Shown here one piece after another: positions 51,366 through 64,000 of a stretch of DNA of 64,000 bases. Origin of the DNA: Anthoceros angustus (Eukaryota > Plantae > Anthocerotophyta); NCBI GenBank assembly GCA_010909165.1, contig VJWM01000202.1, positions 1 to 64,000 of the forward strand, given 5' to 3'. Under the pieces are notes generated by a model. The model made no database searches, had not been told where the DNA came from, and was given only the letters and a program-made list of their open reading frames with translations. Numbering within the stretch: the stretch's first letter is position 1; each line of letters starts with the position of its first letter. The position numbers were made by a program, and so were the translations under genes.

Positions 51366-54160
51366 ATGGCGTCACTTCCCCTCATCCCCACCCCAGTGAA
51401 AAATCCACTTCTACGACGCAGTGGTAGCCGTGCGACTATTGACCCGGGTACGTTAGACGCACAATTCTGTCTGGATATGGGATATTTGGACTGGCATGTA
51501 TGTGAGCATCAGTTTGGGAATAGAATCGCTTACACGCGATGGCGCCACCGGAGGTTGCAGCTTTTGGGCTTGAGGAAAATGATTCTACGATAGGAGGTCT
51601 GGACCAGTCCATCATGAAGCTTGACGAGTCACCAAAAGCAGCAGGCCTTGCAGCTGTCCCACCACTCTCTAGCAGGAAATTCTGCAGGCTGCAGGTTGGT
51701 ATTCTGCTGTGTGAAACACCAAGTGGTGATTCAGTTTGCCCGTCGGGATGATCCTTTGCTGGACTGTAAAGCTGTTCCTTCTTCACTTGCAGGGATTTTT
51801 GTGGACAGCATGGATTGTGCTTTGTGGCAAGGTATGACCTTGCTGATCTCGTTACTCTAAACCGAGGGTGTTTCGGAGTTGTACCAGCAGCAGTAATACC
51901 AGCAGCAGTAATGTTCACTTCTGGCGTTCGAGGACCTTTTTTCATGCCACATGTTCTTGTTTCATCTGTTTGCAGATTGCCATGCATTCCATACACAGGA
52001 TGAGTCCCAGCGCTCTTCATAGTTTTTCCCATGAAGCATTTTTGTTCTACACTCCTGTGTTCATGGTGGTAAGGATGTGTTTCTTTGAAATTGGTTTTCA
52101 AATCAGTTATGTGCATGCTCTGACGAGACACCTGCTTTGGTATTTCTGCAGGGATTGATGGTGTTTTTGTGGGGTATCAATGTACGTGTATTTCTACAGT
52201 CACGGGTGAATTATCCAAGGGTGTTTGATCTTGACCACAACCATTTGAACCATTGGGATATATGGAAGGTATGCATGACATCAAACCGTCCACCTGCACC
52301 TATGGACTTGGCTCAAGTTAGTAGAAAAATTTTGCTTGTGCTATTTGAGTGTCGGTACTATGTATGCTGTACCGTGACTTGGGTTGTCTTTCTGCAGATT
52401 GCAAGTGGTCTGGTGGCAATCACAGTGACCAGTTTGACTTCATATTTGTACTTTTTCTCCTATGAAGCCTTGCAAAAGCTTGCAATTATGCAGCCAGTAC
52501 GTGTCTAAGAACCTTACGAAGCAGTTATTTGCCTTTGAGCATCGTGAGATTTGTCTTCGAAGAGTTCTACGTGGATATTGCAACTGTTTTGTTCTTCATT
52601 ATTCTTTTTTAATACTCTGGCTTGGATTCTGCGATAACTTCTGATTGGGGATTACAGATAATCCTCTACTCTCTGCTGCTATTGATCATAGCATTGCCGC
52701 TGGATGTCTTCTTCGTGTCATCACGCCTTTACTTCTTGAGCACCATGTGGAGGATGTGTCTACCACTGCAGGTAGGAGGGAAGGGGTTGTAGTGAAAGGC
52801 GTGTTAACTAAACTCAGTTCTTTCCATGCCTTAGGCTGGGTTGTAATATCTTGTGTGGTTGTCCAGGAAAGGTTTTATGAAGATAGTCAACTAATGGACG
52901 TATTTGACATTTGCAGCCCATTACATTTGCGGACTTCTTCTTAGCTGATGTGCTCACTTCAATGGCAAAGGTATTTAAGAGGCATAATCACACCCTATGG
53001 CCATCAGGGCAAAGGAGCAGCTCTGTTTTTCTTTGCAGTACTTCGGCTTCAAGGGTTGTGGTATTTTAAAATGTATTTTGGTCCTCATTTGCAGGTCGTA
53101 TCAGCTTTTGAACGATCACTTTGCAGAATGGCCAATTACCCGGTTAGATTTGGATTCATGTCTCAACTCTTCTTAGAGATTTAGAATGACGCTGGTAGGA
53201 TTGTGTGCAGGTAAGAGTGTCCGCTCTATAATTGTGACTGTGTTGATCTGCAGACTACTTCAAAGTTTGACATGCTAGTGGTCAAAAGCCTCAATGAGAC
53301 GTGTGGTGCAAACTCATTGTGGGTGCCAGGCATTCTTGCTGTCCCATATCTCTGCAGACTTTTGCAGTGTGTAAGGCAATACAGCGACACCAAGGAAAAA
53401 AACTGTCTTTTCAATGGTAAGCTCTATTCCAAATGATGTGATGTGGTGCTTCAAACCATGAGCGACTTCGTTGTCCCTAACTTCTTCTATTCGTTACCTG
53501 ACCAGCTTTGAAGTATGCAACTGCATTTCCCGTGATATTTTTGTCTGCGGCACATTATCAGTTCCCTGATTTGTGGGAAGGAACCTACAAGCCACTCTGG
53601 ATAATCTTTGCTGCAATCAACTCTTGCTATTCATTCTATTGGGACATGACTCGTGATTGGGACCTTGAGTAAGTGCGCCCCTCTTCTTCTTCAGTTAACC
53701 ATGATGTTTCCCCGGAGAAAGGATACTTGTTCATATCCACCTGGCTATCCCGCGGTTAGGTTGTTCTTTTCGGGCAAGTGGAAGTCAAAACATTCTCCTT
53801 TGCGACCGACCCTGCTGTACAACAGGCGATGGGTGAGATTTGTGTTTGAGAGACCGGTAGCTGCAGCTGGCATTTCTTTATCTTAGTGACGGTACTGGTT
53901 AACACTAACACTTGCGACTTGAGCAGGTCTACTACTGGGCTATTGGGAGCAACCTCTTGCTGCGCATTTCATGGACGTACAAGCATTCTGCTCATTTGGA
54001 TCATATGTTCAGGACAGTTTTGTTTTCTGGTTTGGAAATGCTCCGTCGCTTTCAGTGGATTTTTTTCAGAGTTGAGGCTGAGAACATTAGGATGACCGCC
54101 AAAAGTTTAGAACTTCCAGTAGATTCGGAAGCTCTACTAGCCACTAATCACCAGGTGTGA
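51366..54160 (+). CDS. EXS (ERD1/XPR1/SYG1) family membrane protein, multi-exon
   Basis: NPLLRRSGSR, LWGINVRVF..VNYPRVFDL, TFADFFLADVLTSMAK, RLLQCVRQY, NALKYATA, YSFYWDMTRDW, NLLLRISWTYK, LEMLRRFQWIFFRVE. Confidence 0.92.
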
Positions 54161-55150
54161 GCCACCGATGCCGATTTTTGCTCCATGTCCTACCTGTGAG
54201 GACACAACAGGCATGGATTTCTTTTTTCCTGCTCCTTTCAAGGTTCCGGGAGGCCGGCCCGGCCTGGGTGCGGGCGGTTTTGCCCAGATCTTTATCAGCA
54301 AGAATTTCGCCTGTTTGGTCTGTTGGGTTGCGGGCTTGAGATATCGATGGATACTCCCCCCGTGAAGCATATTACGGAAACCTTGATTCGTTACATTAAA
54401 CCTTAGGAAAATACCTCGGTGGGTTTGCAAGGGAAACCTGACCTTTCCCCTCGCAACTCGTCCACCTGCGAGAGGAAGTCACGAGTGACGCCTCGAAGAT
54501 CCACCTTCATGAACAGTGATGAGGACAGGATGCCAAGCATGCAAGAGAGAGTCTGAAGGGGAGGGCACGCTCCCTGCAAGACACTTATGAAGCAAGAGGA
54601 AGTCTCGAACGGGAGACAACGCCTCCTGCAAGACACTAACGAAGCAAGCCTGCAAAGACGCTGAAACTCAAGCCAACCCCGATGTATAAGCACCTCATTC
54701 TTTAGCGAGGTGAGCAGACCTGTACATTTATGCCTGTCTATCCGCTTACTCACAAACTCTCATTTTTGAACTAAGATCTGAAGCCCTGAGTCATCACGTC
54801 TTACTTCTTATACATAGCTAGGTAAAGGAGAAAAGATCACTAGGGAATAACAACCCTAACAGCTACCTACACACTCTGCCGTTTTCTGTCCTAACAGGTT
54901 CTAATGAGTTATCGGTTATGTCTCGGAGAGCATAACCGTCACTCCCCCGATGTCGGATATGGAAAGGGATACCTAATACGAAACTTGGCCTGAAGTACGT
55001 GTGATTCATAGTCCTATTTCTTACAACTTTTATTCAGTTTTGTCTCAGCCTTTCCGGGGAAATTAATCAAATATGGTCAATATGGCCTTGGCAAATGAGG
55101 TTTAGCTGAGTTTTATTATGTGAGATTGTAAAGACGCTAAGCACTCATTC

Positions 55151-55317
55151 CGCTGCGATTGTGCTACAACCCATAATTTGTTGGGGAGTGATAGGAGGTG
55201 GTTGCTGCTGGGGCTCCAACTAGGTTAATTACTCGCTGCGATTGTGCTATAATCCATAATTTGCTGGGGAGTGATAGGAGGTAGTTGTTGCTGGGGCTCC
55301 AACTTGGTCAATTACTT
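55151..55317. repeat. Tandem duplication, 83 bp x2, in a TE-like intergenic region
   Basis: CGCTGCGATTGTGCTA..GGGGAGTGATAGGAGG..GGGGCTCCAACT at 55151 and 55234. Confidence 0.8.
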
Positions 55318-57759
55318 GTTGCTCTGCATTTAATAAGATCAGTTTCAACCTAACAAGAAATCATACAAAGAACCCGAAACCTATTAAGCCACACATAGAA
55401 GGTTTGTACAACATTCTGGCTTTTAGTTCTAAAAAACCTTTACCCAATTATGTCACACATAGTTGAGTTTTTTTGCAAAAAAGGATACTGATTAAATTTT
55501 ACAGGATTTGGAAAACTAACGTCATGAAGCAATTCGGCTTCCTATCCACTCTCTAACACAACTTGGGCTAGCTTAAGAAAACCTTCAGCCTACGCAAAGG
55601 CTGAAATAGCATGTCCATACGGACCCGCTTGTGAATCTCCTGTTTGGTTGAGCCAACAAGAGCCCGCTGATGTCACACACGTTTGGGACGCACCAATTTG
55701 ATGGATAAAGATCGGGGCCAGGGTGAACAGGCTTCGATGAACAAGGGAAATTGCTCTCCTGATTACCTAAATGATGGTCATGGCATCAGCCAAGGGAACA
55801 CCAACTAAAGGAGCAATTTGCACCAACAGCCCGAGTATCTACACAAATCCGTTTAAACTCCACTGAGCTTTTGCCTGCACCACCTCATCCTAGTGCTACA
55901 ACTCCACCTCCACTGCTGTTGTATGGACCAAAGTACGGAACTGCCTCAGATCTTGAACTCTAAAATGAGACAGCCAGCCAAAATAGGGGGCTACCTCATC
56001 ACAAAGTAAATCATCTTTTTCCTTAATCAGACTCTGGAGCATACTCCAACTGCTGCATTTGCTAATGAAGACACCCCCCGTCAGCAATAAGCCAAGAAGG
56101 AATGCACGTTGCTCATGGGAAGCCAAGAGCCCTTTCGAATTTCCTCCATAGTTGAGTTGAAGGCATGGGTAGCTCGTTTTGAAGCTTGTAACATATATTG
56201 TAGATTCTCTAGGCGAATGTGAGAGATGTTAGCATGATTTTCAAAGATGCAGATACTTATGACTAACACCTCATATAAGTGCGGGTACAACCTCATTTTC
56301 TCACACACCTCTCAGTTTTTGCTGACACCATGATCGACCCCCATCCATCTTGAAATGTGCCTAAGCAACTTGGCTTGTCCCAAAAGCCACACAGGGCTCG
56401 CACCACTCAAAAGAACTACATAGGACACTAAACTAGGAACACGCTCGCACCACTCAAAAGAACTACATAGGACACTAAACTAGGAACACACAAGTCCGTA
56501 CTGCGCTACTAAACAACCCGATAACACAACTATAAATAAGTTGAAAAAACACACTACCACATTCATTATTGTAAGATAACACACGTTAAGTTCAATCACA
56601 ATCTAATGATACCGCCATAGATTTGATTTCAACTGTAACAAGCCTATCATTGTATGAGTTTGTGTGTTGGTGGGTTTCTTTATTTCTTGACTAGTGGACA
56701 TATTTTTTTTGCACCATTGTCTCTTGATATTTTTAAGGGTAAATATTTTCTAGGAATTTTTTCTTTTGAATTAATTCAAGTATCTATCATATCTCTTATT
56801 TTGTAGATAATGTGACAGGTTGGGTAATAAATATCTTCTCCAAAGGTACTAATATGCAATTAATTTTTGTTAGGGTTATGCATAGCTGCAAGATACGTAT
56901 TATTCAACCCTTGAATGACGAAGGATTTTTTCAATGATGTTTTTGCTTAAATATTCATTATAATTTTTTGGATGACATATTAATATTTTGCATTTTTTGG
57001 GCAACACCATAACATGTAATTTTCCCACAACTTGGTTTCTTAGTTTTCGAGTGGAATCTTTTGCTGCTTTCCAGTCCACGCTTCTTTGAGCAAACATTTC
57101 CATGAACACCCAGCACTGTCTTCTAGGCATGTGCAAAACAATGGAGTCAAAAAGTCACGTTTAATTGCCATAGAATTTTCACAAAGGCCAAAAACCTTGC
57201 AAGGGTCCCAATTGTGGTTACATGAAAACTATGTTTCACATATATGCACCCATGTAAACGCACACAAAACCAGAAACTGCGTACACAGCAAATCATAGTT
57301 TGTAACAATAGGAGAGAGTAGCTTGCACGTCGTGGCACAAACACACTCTCCTCACAAGAGCAACACGCAAATTTCTCACACATCACTCTCGAAGTCATAG
57401 CTTTGGTCTCCTCATGACACTCTTGTACTGCATATCTAGAGGACAAGTTATGATCTGAACTTGTCCTCTGTGAAAGGGTTTATATATACTAGCCCTTGGC
57501 ATCGGCATATTCCTATGATACCCTATTGGCATCAACATATGCCGAAAATATCCTGAGAATACACTATAATATGCATATTGCTTGTGCTTATCCACTTAGC
57601 TATTGCTAGCCATGTGTAATTAACAATAATCCATGCTTAACTAACATAAGCGCTTTAGATTAATTAATACTAATTATTTAATAAAGATTAGTAATTGGGT
57701 TAATTAACACTAATCAAAACACTAAACCCCAAGATTAGTATCAAACAACATGACATAAC

Positions 57760-58500
57760 TTCAAAAACGCCTTGCCCATGGACGCATGAGTCTCAATCGC
57801 AAGGGAAATGAAAGCATGGCCTTCCTTTATGGAGGTGTAGTTCGTGAACCTTGGTTGTCACGCATCCCTCCGCCGCCCAATTTGGAGTGTTCACATGCTT
57901 GCATACTACCGGTATCCCGAGTAGAGTCTTTTATAACCACATTTGCAGAAGACACCTGGTTCCTCGGGATAAAAAATAAGTCAGCTCTGAGAGAGACTCT
58001 GTTGACCCATGTGTAAGGGCAGTCCCTAAAAGCAAAAAATCTGTTCTTCTTGGCTATCGAGAATATGACTTCTCAAATGACGTCGTATGTCGCAATGTGT
58101 TGCCCACCATTTGGACAACGAGCAAGGTGGGTCCCAGAGTTGTCGAAGGGCCCCCCACAATTGCATGTTGTAAGAGAACAAGCTGGAGGTTGGACAAGGT
58201 CCAGGTAGAACCTCATCTCGCTAGAAAAAGAACCAGTGCAAAGGCCTAGATGCAAGGTCGGGCCAGAAGCCAGGAACCTGCTCCCTTCCCCGGGTAAGAG
58301 CGGAGGCGAGCACGAGCGAGTCGGGGAATGAAGGAATCCGAAAGTAAAGCCTATTGCTCTTGCTCATATTGCTTCTTCTGGAGAGAGGCTTGAAACCCTC
58401 GCAAGGTATTCAGGAGAAACGAGGAAAAAGGAGGTAGGACTTTCTTGACCCAAGAGGGGAAGAGGCCCCCAGCCAACCTTAAGGACACATGCAGGGCAAA
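57760..58500 (-). mobile_element. Second degenerate CRE-like non-LTR retrotransposon remnant
   Basis: ARARLRSYPGKGAGSWLLARP, TCNCGGPFDNSGTHLARCPNGGQHIATYDVI*EV, SLRADLF, AFISLAIETH. Same motif series as 222-1185. Confidence 0.65.
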
Positions 58501-60141
58501 GGGCCCTTAAGGACACATACAGGGCAAAGGCCCTTGGCCAACCTTAAGGACACTTCCAACCTTAAGGACACTTTGAAGGGAAGGCCCCCCTCCTGTCCCC
58601 CTCCTCAACGCTTGAGACTTTAGTATGGTTTGGACTTTGAAGTCTACATGTTTAGGACTTTGAAGTCTAAATGTTTAATCTTTCTTTCGATATTTTATAT
58701 ATTAGATTAAAAAAATTAATTGAAAAAATTATAATTCTTTGAGAGTCTTAGTCTTTGATACAAAAAAGAGTGGACTCCAAAATTGAACGTGAAGATTTTA
58801 TGTGAAAAAAAAGAGGTCCATCCACCCCGAGACGAGGGGAACAACCCTATGGAGGGCGAAGGGGACTCCAAAGGTGACTTCACTCGGGTGCACTAAGTTA
58901 CAAACGATCGAGCGTAGCAGGTTATTCTCCATCGTACAGTTCATACATAGTGGAGGCCACTGGCCTGACAACTATGCCGCCTTCATGTGAGGTGTCGCAC
59001 GGTGCACCGCCATGTTTGTACACATGTACAATTGTTCGTACGTACAACAGGGCTTCACGCGGCTGGAATGGATGGTCAGTGGGCATTGCGCAAGCGCCAA
59101 ATGGGCATTGCGCAAGCGCCAAATGGGCGAGGTGATGGGTGAAGCGCCATTTCACGTTTCCGAGGAGAAAATCACGGGCAGGCGGATAAGGCAGCGCGTG
59201 ATAATGTTCTAATTAACATATCAGGCATATCAACCCCAGTGCGAAATATCATGAAATTCTGAAAATAGAAATAGATACCAGAATTGGAGTGGCGGCCCGC
59301 GGCCAGGCCCGGCTTTGGCTCCAGTTCCAGCCTCCAGCAGTCCCTCTCCAGCTCCGACTCGCGTGTCTCGCGTTCCCCCAAACATCCCGCCTGTTCTCTT
59401 CTTTCCTCGCTTGACGGTACCAGCACTCTCTAACTTTCTCGGTGCCAGTCCCGCCGGCGTTCTGTTCTGATCTGATCTGCACACTTCACATTTTCCTCAC
59501 TCTCTGCAGCCTACTGCAGTTTCGCGGTCCGCGGGCGGGAGGCTCAGGAGCCAAGGTGCAGCATCAGCAGGCCCCCGTGGCCACCTACCCTCCAAAGCGG
59601 AACGCGAGGGCGACCGGCTGGTGGGGACACGGTCTCACGCATCCGCCATCGCCATCGCCATCGCCATCGGCAACGTCATCGTCTGCATCCAGCGGCCGCT
59701 TCCAGGGTAACATGTCGCGAGCGGATTCGCTGCCCGAGCCCTCTCGATTGCCGCACACTGCCAGGCCCAGCGGCGCCTCCGCGGCGCTCCATCCCTGGCA
59801 CATCTTCCCAGTGCGATTGCGGGGGCCGTCCGAGCCCCCTGATCCCTCCCCCTCTGCTCCTACTTCTTCTTCCCCCGCGCCCTACTCGCACTCCCGCACC
59901 GCGCTCTCCCGGACTGCTCGAAATGGCCCCGATGTGCGCTCCAGGAGCTCGCGGCGGGACGGGAATTCGCGCTCCTCAGGCAAGGGGCCCTAGCTCGGAT
60001 CTGGTGCGGCTGCTGCAATTCCTGTTGGCTAGCTCGCGGGTCTGACCATGGCGGTGCTGGCGTGTGGATGCAGGTCACGGGAGATGGCCGGTGAGAGGGC
60101 AGCAGGCCAGCTTGGGGCCCCCGGGGGAGGGGAGTTCGAGC

Positions 60142-61376
60142 ATGCTGCCGGGCGTGGAGTTCGCCAGGCGTCGCCGAGTGCACTCCGTCGGCCGGGACAC
60201 TGAGCCGTCCGGCGCCAGCGTAGGGCTGGTGGATGGGAGGCCCAGCCGTGCCCGCCCCGGCTCCACTGTGGCTCATCATCACCACCACCATCACCACCAC
60301 CACCATCACCACCACTACCACCACCACTACCACCAACCCGCCAGCGAGCACCGGGGTCGTGGAGCTGCGCGATCGGCGCTGCACATGGACGAGGTAGGTC
60401 ACCTTCTCATGAGTGCTTTCCCTTTCCTCTCCTCGTCATAATGGCCTTCCCCTCTGCGTCATGATTTCCTTCCTCTCCTCGGCATGATGTCGCAAGGTGC
60501 GGGCGTTACATCCTCTTCCCTTTCTTGGTTCACGTGCAGGGTGCGGGAGCGGGTCACGACCGGCGAGCTGGCCCCTCATTGCATTCGGCCGCGGGCAGCG
60601 GTAGCATGGCCTCCACCAGCAGGGCGGAGTCGCAGCGGATGCCCTTCAGGCTTCCCAGCTGGATGCACCGCTCCTCGTCCGGTGGCACATCGCGGCAGGA
60701 GGCTTTGGAGGCGAGGGACAGGCTGGACGAGCGGCTTAGGGCGGCGGCAGTGGGACCACCGCCGCGCAGCAGCCGGTCGAGGACGTCGCTGCCGGGGCAC
60801 GCACATGCGCAGGCCGACTACTCCCTCGAGTCTGAAGTGGACGACGATGCGAGCTCCAACAGCGACGAGGAGGCCTGGGAGACGAGCATGAGGGAATGGC
60901 TGGCGGCCTGGTCTCCGGCGGGCGGGGCAGGGGATGATCGTTTCCGCCATGACATTCGGAGCAGCGGCAGGCCGGAGCGGCCCAAGGGGATCAGCAAGGA
61001 GTCTATCGCTGCCTTGCCGCGGGAACTGTTCTGTCCTAAAACCAAGAAACGGGTCAGGGGTGGGGGAGGCGGAGTGTGCGAGCAAGAGGTGTGCCCTGTG
61101 TGCTTGGAATCTTTCGCCGCGGGCCATGTGCTGCTGAACCTCCCCTGTACTCACAGGTTCCACCCTGATTGCCTCACTCCCTGGCTGGAGAGCCATGGCC
61201 AGTGCCCCTACTGTCGGTCCCGGGTGCCCGACTCTCCTAAACCGCCTGCTCCTGGGGCCCATAACAGTAGTAGTGGCGGTGGCGATGGCGTCCATGATGG
61301 TGAAGATCTCGTCTCCTGGATGACCGCCATAGAGAGGGGCATAACCAGACTTCGATTCAGGGTGTCTAATTGCTGA
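60142..61376 (+). CDS. RING-H2 E3 ubiquitin ligase, RHY1A-like, 2 exons, poly-His tract
   Basis: MLPGVEFARRRRVH N-terminus, ALEARDRLDERL, CPVCLESF..LPCTHRFHPDCLTPWLESHGQCPYCR. Intron 60394-60539. Confidence 0.9.
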
Positions 61377-61662
61377 CATCGTCAACAAAGGACATGTAAT
61401 TAGAACAAATGTTACAATACGTAGGGGAACGTATTTTCGCGTCTTTCTGTTGGAAGACGTCGTTCGGCGCACATGGTCCGGTTCTGAAAAAAGAAACGTC
61501 GCCTTTTTGGCAATACAAAAATCGTTCATGGTCCAATATAAATGAGCACGATCGAGAACGGAATTTTCCGTACTTTATTTAGGCATTTCTGGTTCTACTT
61601 TCGATAACGTACTTTATTTAGGCATTTCTGGTTCTACTTTCGATAAAGAACAGTTTTCTTCT

Positions 61663-61860
61663 GATGAAGAAAAAGAAGAATTTTATTTAAGTCCACTAAG
61701 GACGGGTTTCCGTCATGGGACTTGGTACTTAACAACTTGTATCATGGTGTGCCTAAGCTACTTGCACCAAGGGCATCCACTCCCTTTAGGCACCCCATCT
61801 AAGTACCCATCCAAGCTCAGCATGCTTAATCACGGCGTTCTTATAAATGTGTGTCCATTT
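61663..61860 (-). mobile_element. SINE or LINE 3' end with (TTC)n tail, copy 2
   Basis: Reverse complement of 7518-7710, sharing GGATGCCCTTGGTGCAAGTAGCTTAGGCACACCATG and GTCCCATGACGGAAA..CCGTCCTTAGTGGACTT. Confidence 0.6.
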
Positions 61861-62650
61861 TAACATGGTTTCTTCCTGCTCATAGTTGATAATTTTTTTT
61901 TCAGTTCTTGGAACACCGTGCGGCAGAACATGGATGTTTCCAATGAGACTGGAATTGGCGGAGACGGGCCTCTCTAGAAATCTCATTCCTGGAGAGGCTT
62001 CAACGTCAAGCAGAATCACGAGGAAATGGTTTGTGAAGGTAAGGTGGCTTGTATAAGAAGAGCCACGAGTAAACGAACGTTGTAGTTTGTACCTGCTGAC
62101 ACCCTGCTTTCCTAGATTTGACGTATGCAACTACATAGCTACTCAAGAAGTGTGCAAGGTACTTGCAGTAGGTGGTAACTGAACTTTTAGGAGGGCAGAC
62201 GATTTCATTTGCTCGCGGGATGTATGCACATAGCCGGGCATCAGTATCACAGGAAGTTGCGACCACGGGCTTTTTTAATTGGGCGGAAATACACAGCAAG
62301 GGACTAGGTTAGTTCTACGTGCTGTCATGGGTTTCCCACAGTCCATCTCTCGGTAGGGACCAGGATTACCTTCAATCGGGATCCCAGGCATGAGGTTTGG
62401 CTTGGATCAGCCTCGCAAGGAACCTGCTTGTGTTGAACCTCAGAACAGTCCATAGTAGGCAGGCCGGACGCAAGAGCAAACAGCAATCAATACCACATCA
62501 CAAAGCTCATGCAACTGTCGCCAATAGCCATGTATGTACACATACCTACAGCTGAACTTGCACGCTGTTACAGCAGACAAGGAGAGCCAGAGGACAAGGC
62601 ACAGCGTCCGAATCACCTTCCTGGAAGCACAAACAAACACAGAGACACAG

Positions 62651-62766
62651 GCACGCTCCCTCCGCAGGTATTAACCTGTTCAGGTGCGAAGGGACTCTCT
62701 CAGCCTGCTCAAGTGCACAACACTGGCTCACAGCCAGGCTGCAACTGGAACAAGCACCCCCGGTGC
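62651..62766 (-). ncRNA. TPP riboswitch aptamer in the THIC 3' UTR
   Basis: GCACCGGGGGUGCUUG..(long P3)..CAGGCUGAGAGAGUCCCUUCGCACCUGAACAGGUUAAUACCUGCGGAGGGAGCGUGC matches the plant TPP consensus, ~450 nt downstream of the THIC stop. Confidence 0.95.
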
Positions 62767-63214
62767 CTTGTGTGATTAGCCAACTTGACCGACACGAAAC
62801 AAAAGGCCATAGACACGTTCTCAAATCAAAGCTTCAAAAGATTATTACTCCTCATTGCGAATATACAGCCCTGCAATCTGACATAGATACTATCACCGAA
62901 GGCAGATACAGATAACATCATGCCAGACGCAGGGTAAAATATGAAGAGCTAAAGAAAGCTGACTATGTGCGCACACCAAACCCCAAGCACGAGTGAGCTG
63001 CCACAGCTCGCATGCAGGGACGTCCACTGACGTCAACCCTTTTGACAACTTGCAGCTAGGGAGTTGTTGTTACCAATCCTGTCTTCTCCTGCACGTCAAA
63101 CAGCACCAGTTTCGAGTTCAGTTACGACTGCACTCCGGACAATAGCAACCCATGACAAGCTTGAAGACAAGCACAAGCCAAGAAGCTGCTGGATAAACGA
63201 TCCCAACCTTTTCC

Positions 63215-64000
<786 letters not shown>

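Noticed and set aside
39933-54160. Possible terpenoid biosynthetic cluster around the TPS
   Set aside because: Neighbours (DUF218, JMJ31-like, EXS) are not tailoring enzymes. No P450, CPS or prenyl-diphosphate synthase in the window.
54360-57600. LTR/PBS-like stretch and Cys-rich broken reading frames
   Set aside because: Probably TE-derived, but no diagnostic termini, TSD or protein motif could be identified.
60576-61529. 317-aa minus-strand ORF
   Set aside because: Antisense shadow of the GC-rich RING exon 2.

Overview
Gene-dense nuclear DNA from a non-seed land plant. A hornwort such as Anthoceros is the best guess, inferred from ~80-150 bp introns, a PLS-PPR with a WW-type PG box and the THIC riboswitch. 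Genes in order: poly(A)-binding protein (+), ornithine delta-aminotransferase (-), a secreted single-DUF26/Gnk2 protein with YDRPP repeats (-), farnesyltransferase beta (-) head-to-head with LSM3 (+), a PHT1 phosphate transporter (+) with four upstream P1BS motifs, plastid CcdA (+), a receptor-kinase pseudogene (-), a root-cap-domain protein with (GGHKEE)n repeats (-), a PLS-PPR editing factor with a decayed DYW domain (+), a DUF218/YdcF protein (+), a kaurene-synthase-like terpene synthase lacking the gamma domain (-), a JMJ31-like JmjC protein (-), an EXS-family protein (+), an RHY1A-like RING-H2 ligase (+), and the 3' part of THIC (-) with a TPP riboswitch in its 3' UTR. Intergenic DNA holds a CACTA end inserted in a CRE-like non-LTR element, a second CRE-like remnant, Copia fragments, two copies of a (TTC)n-tailed SINE/LINE end, perfect palindromes and nested tandem repeats. 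The most notable items are the two-domain terpene synthase, the riboswitch lacking the angiosperm intra-aptamer splice acceptor, the decayed DYW:WW domain and the two repeat-fused secreted proteins. All assignments come from reading the sequence and from family motifs recalled from memory; no searches were run.
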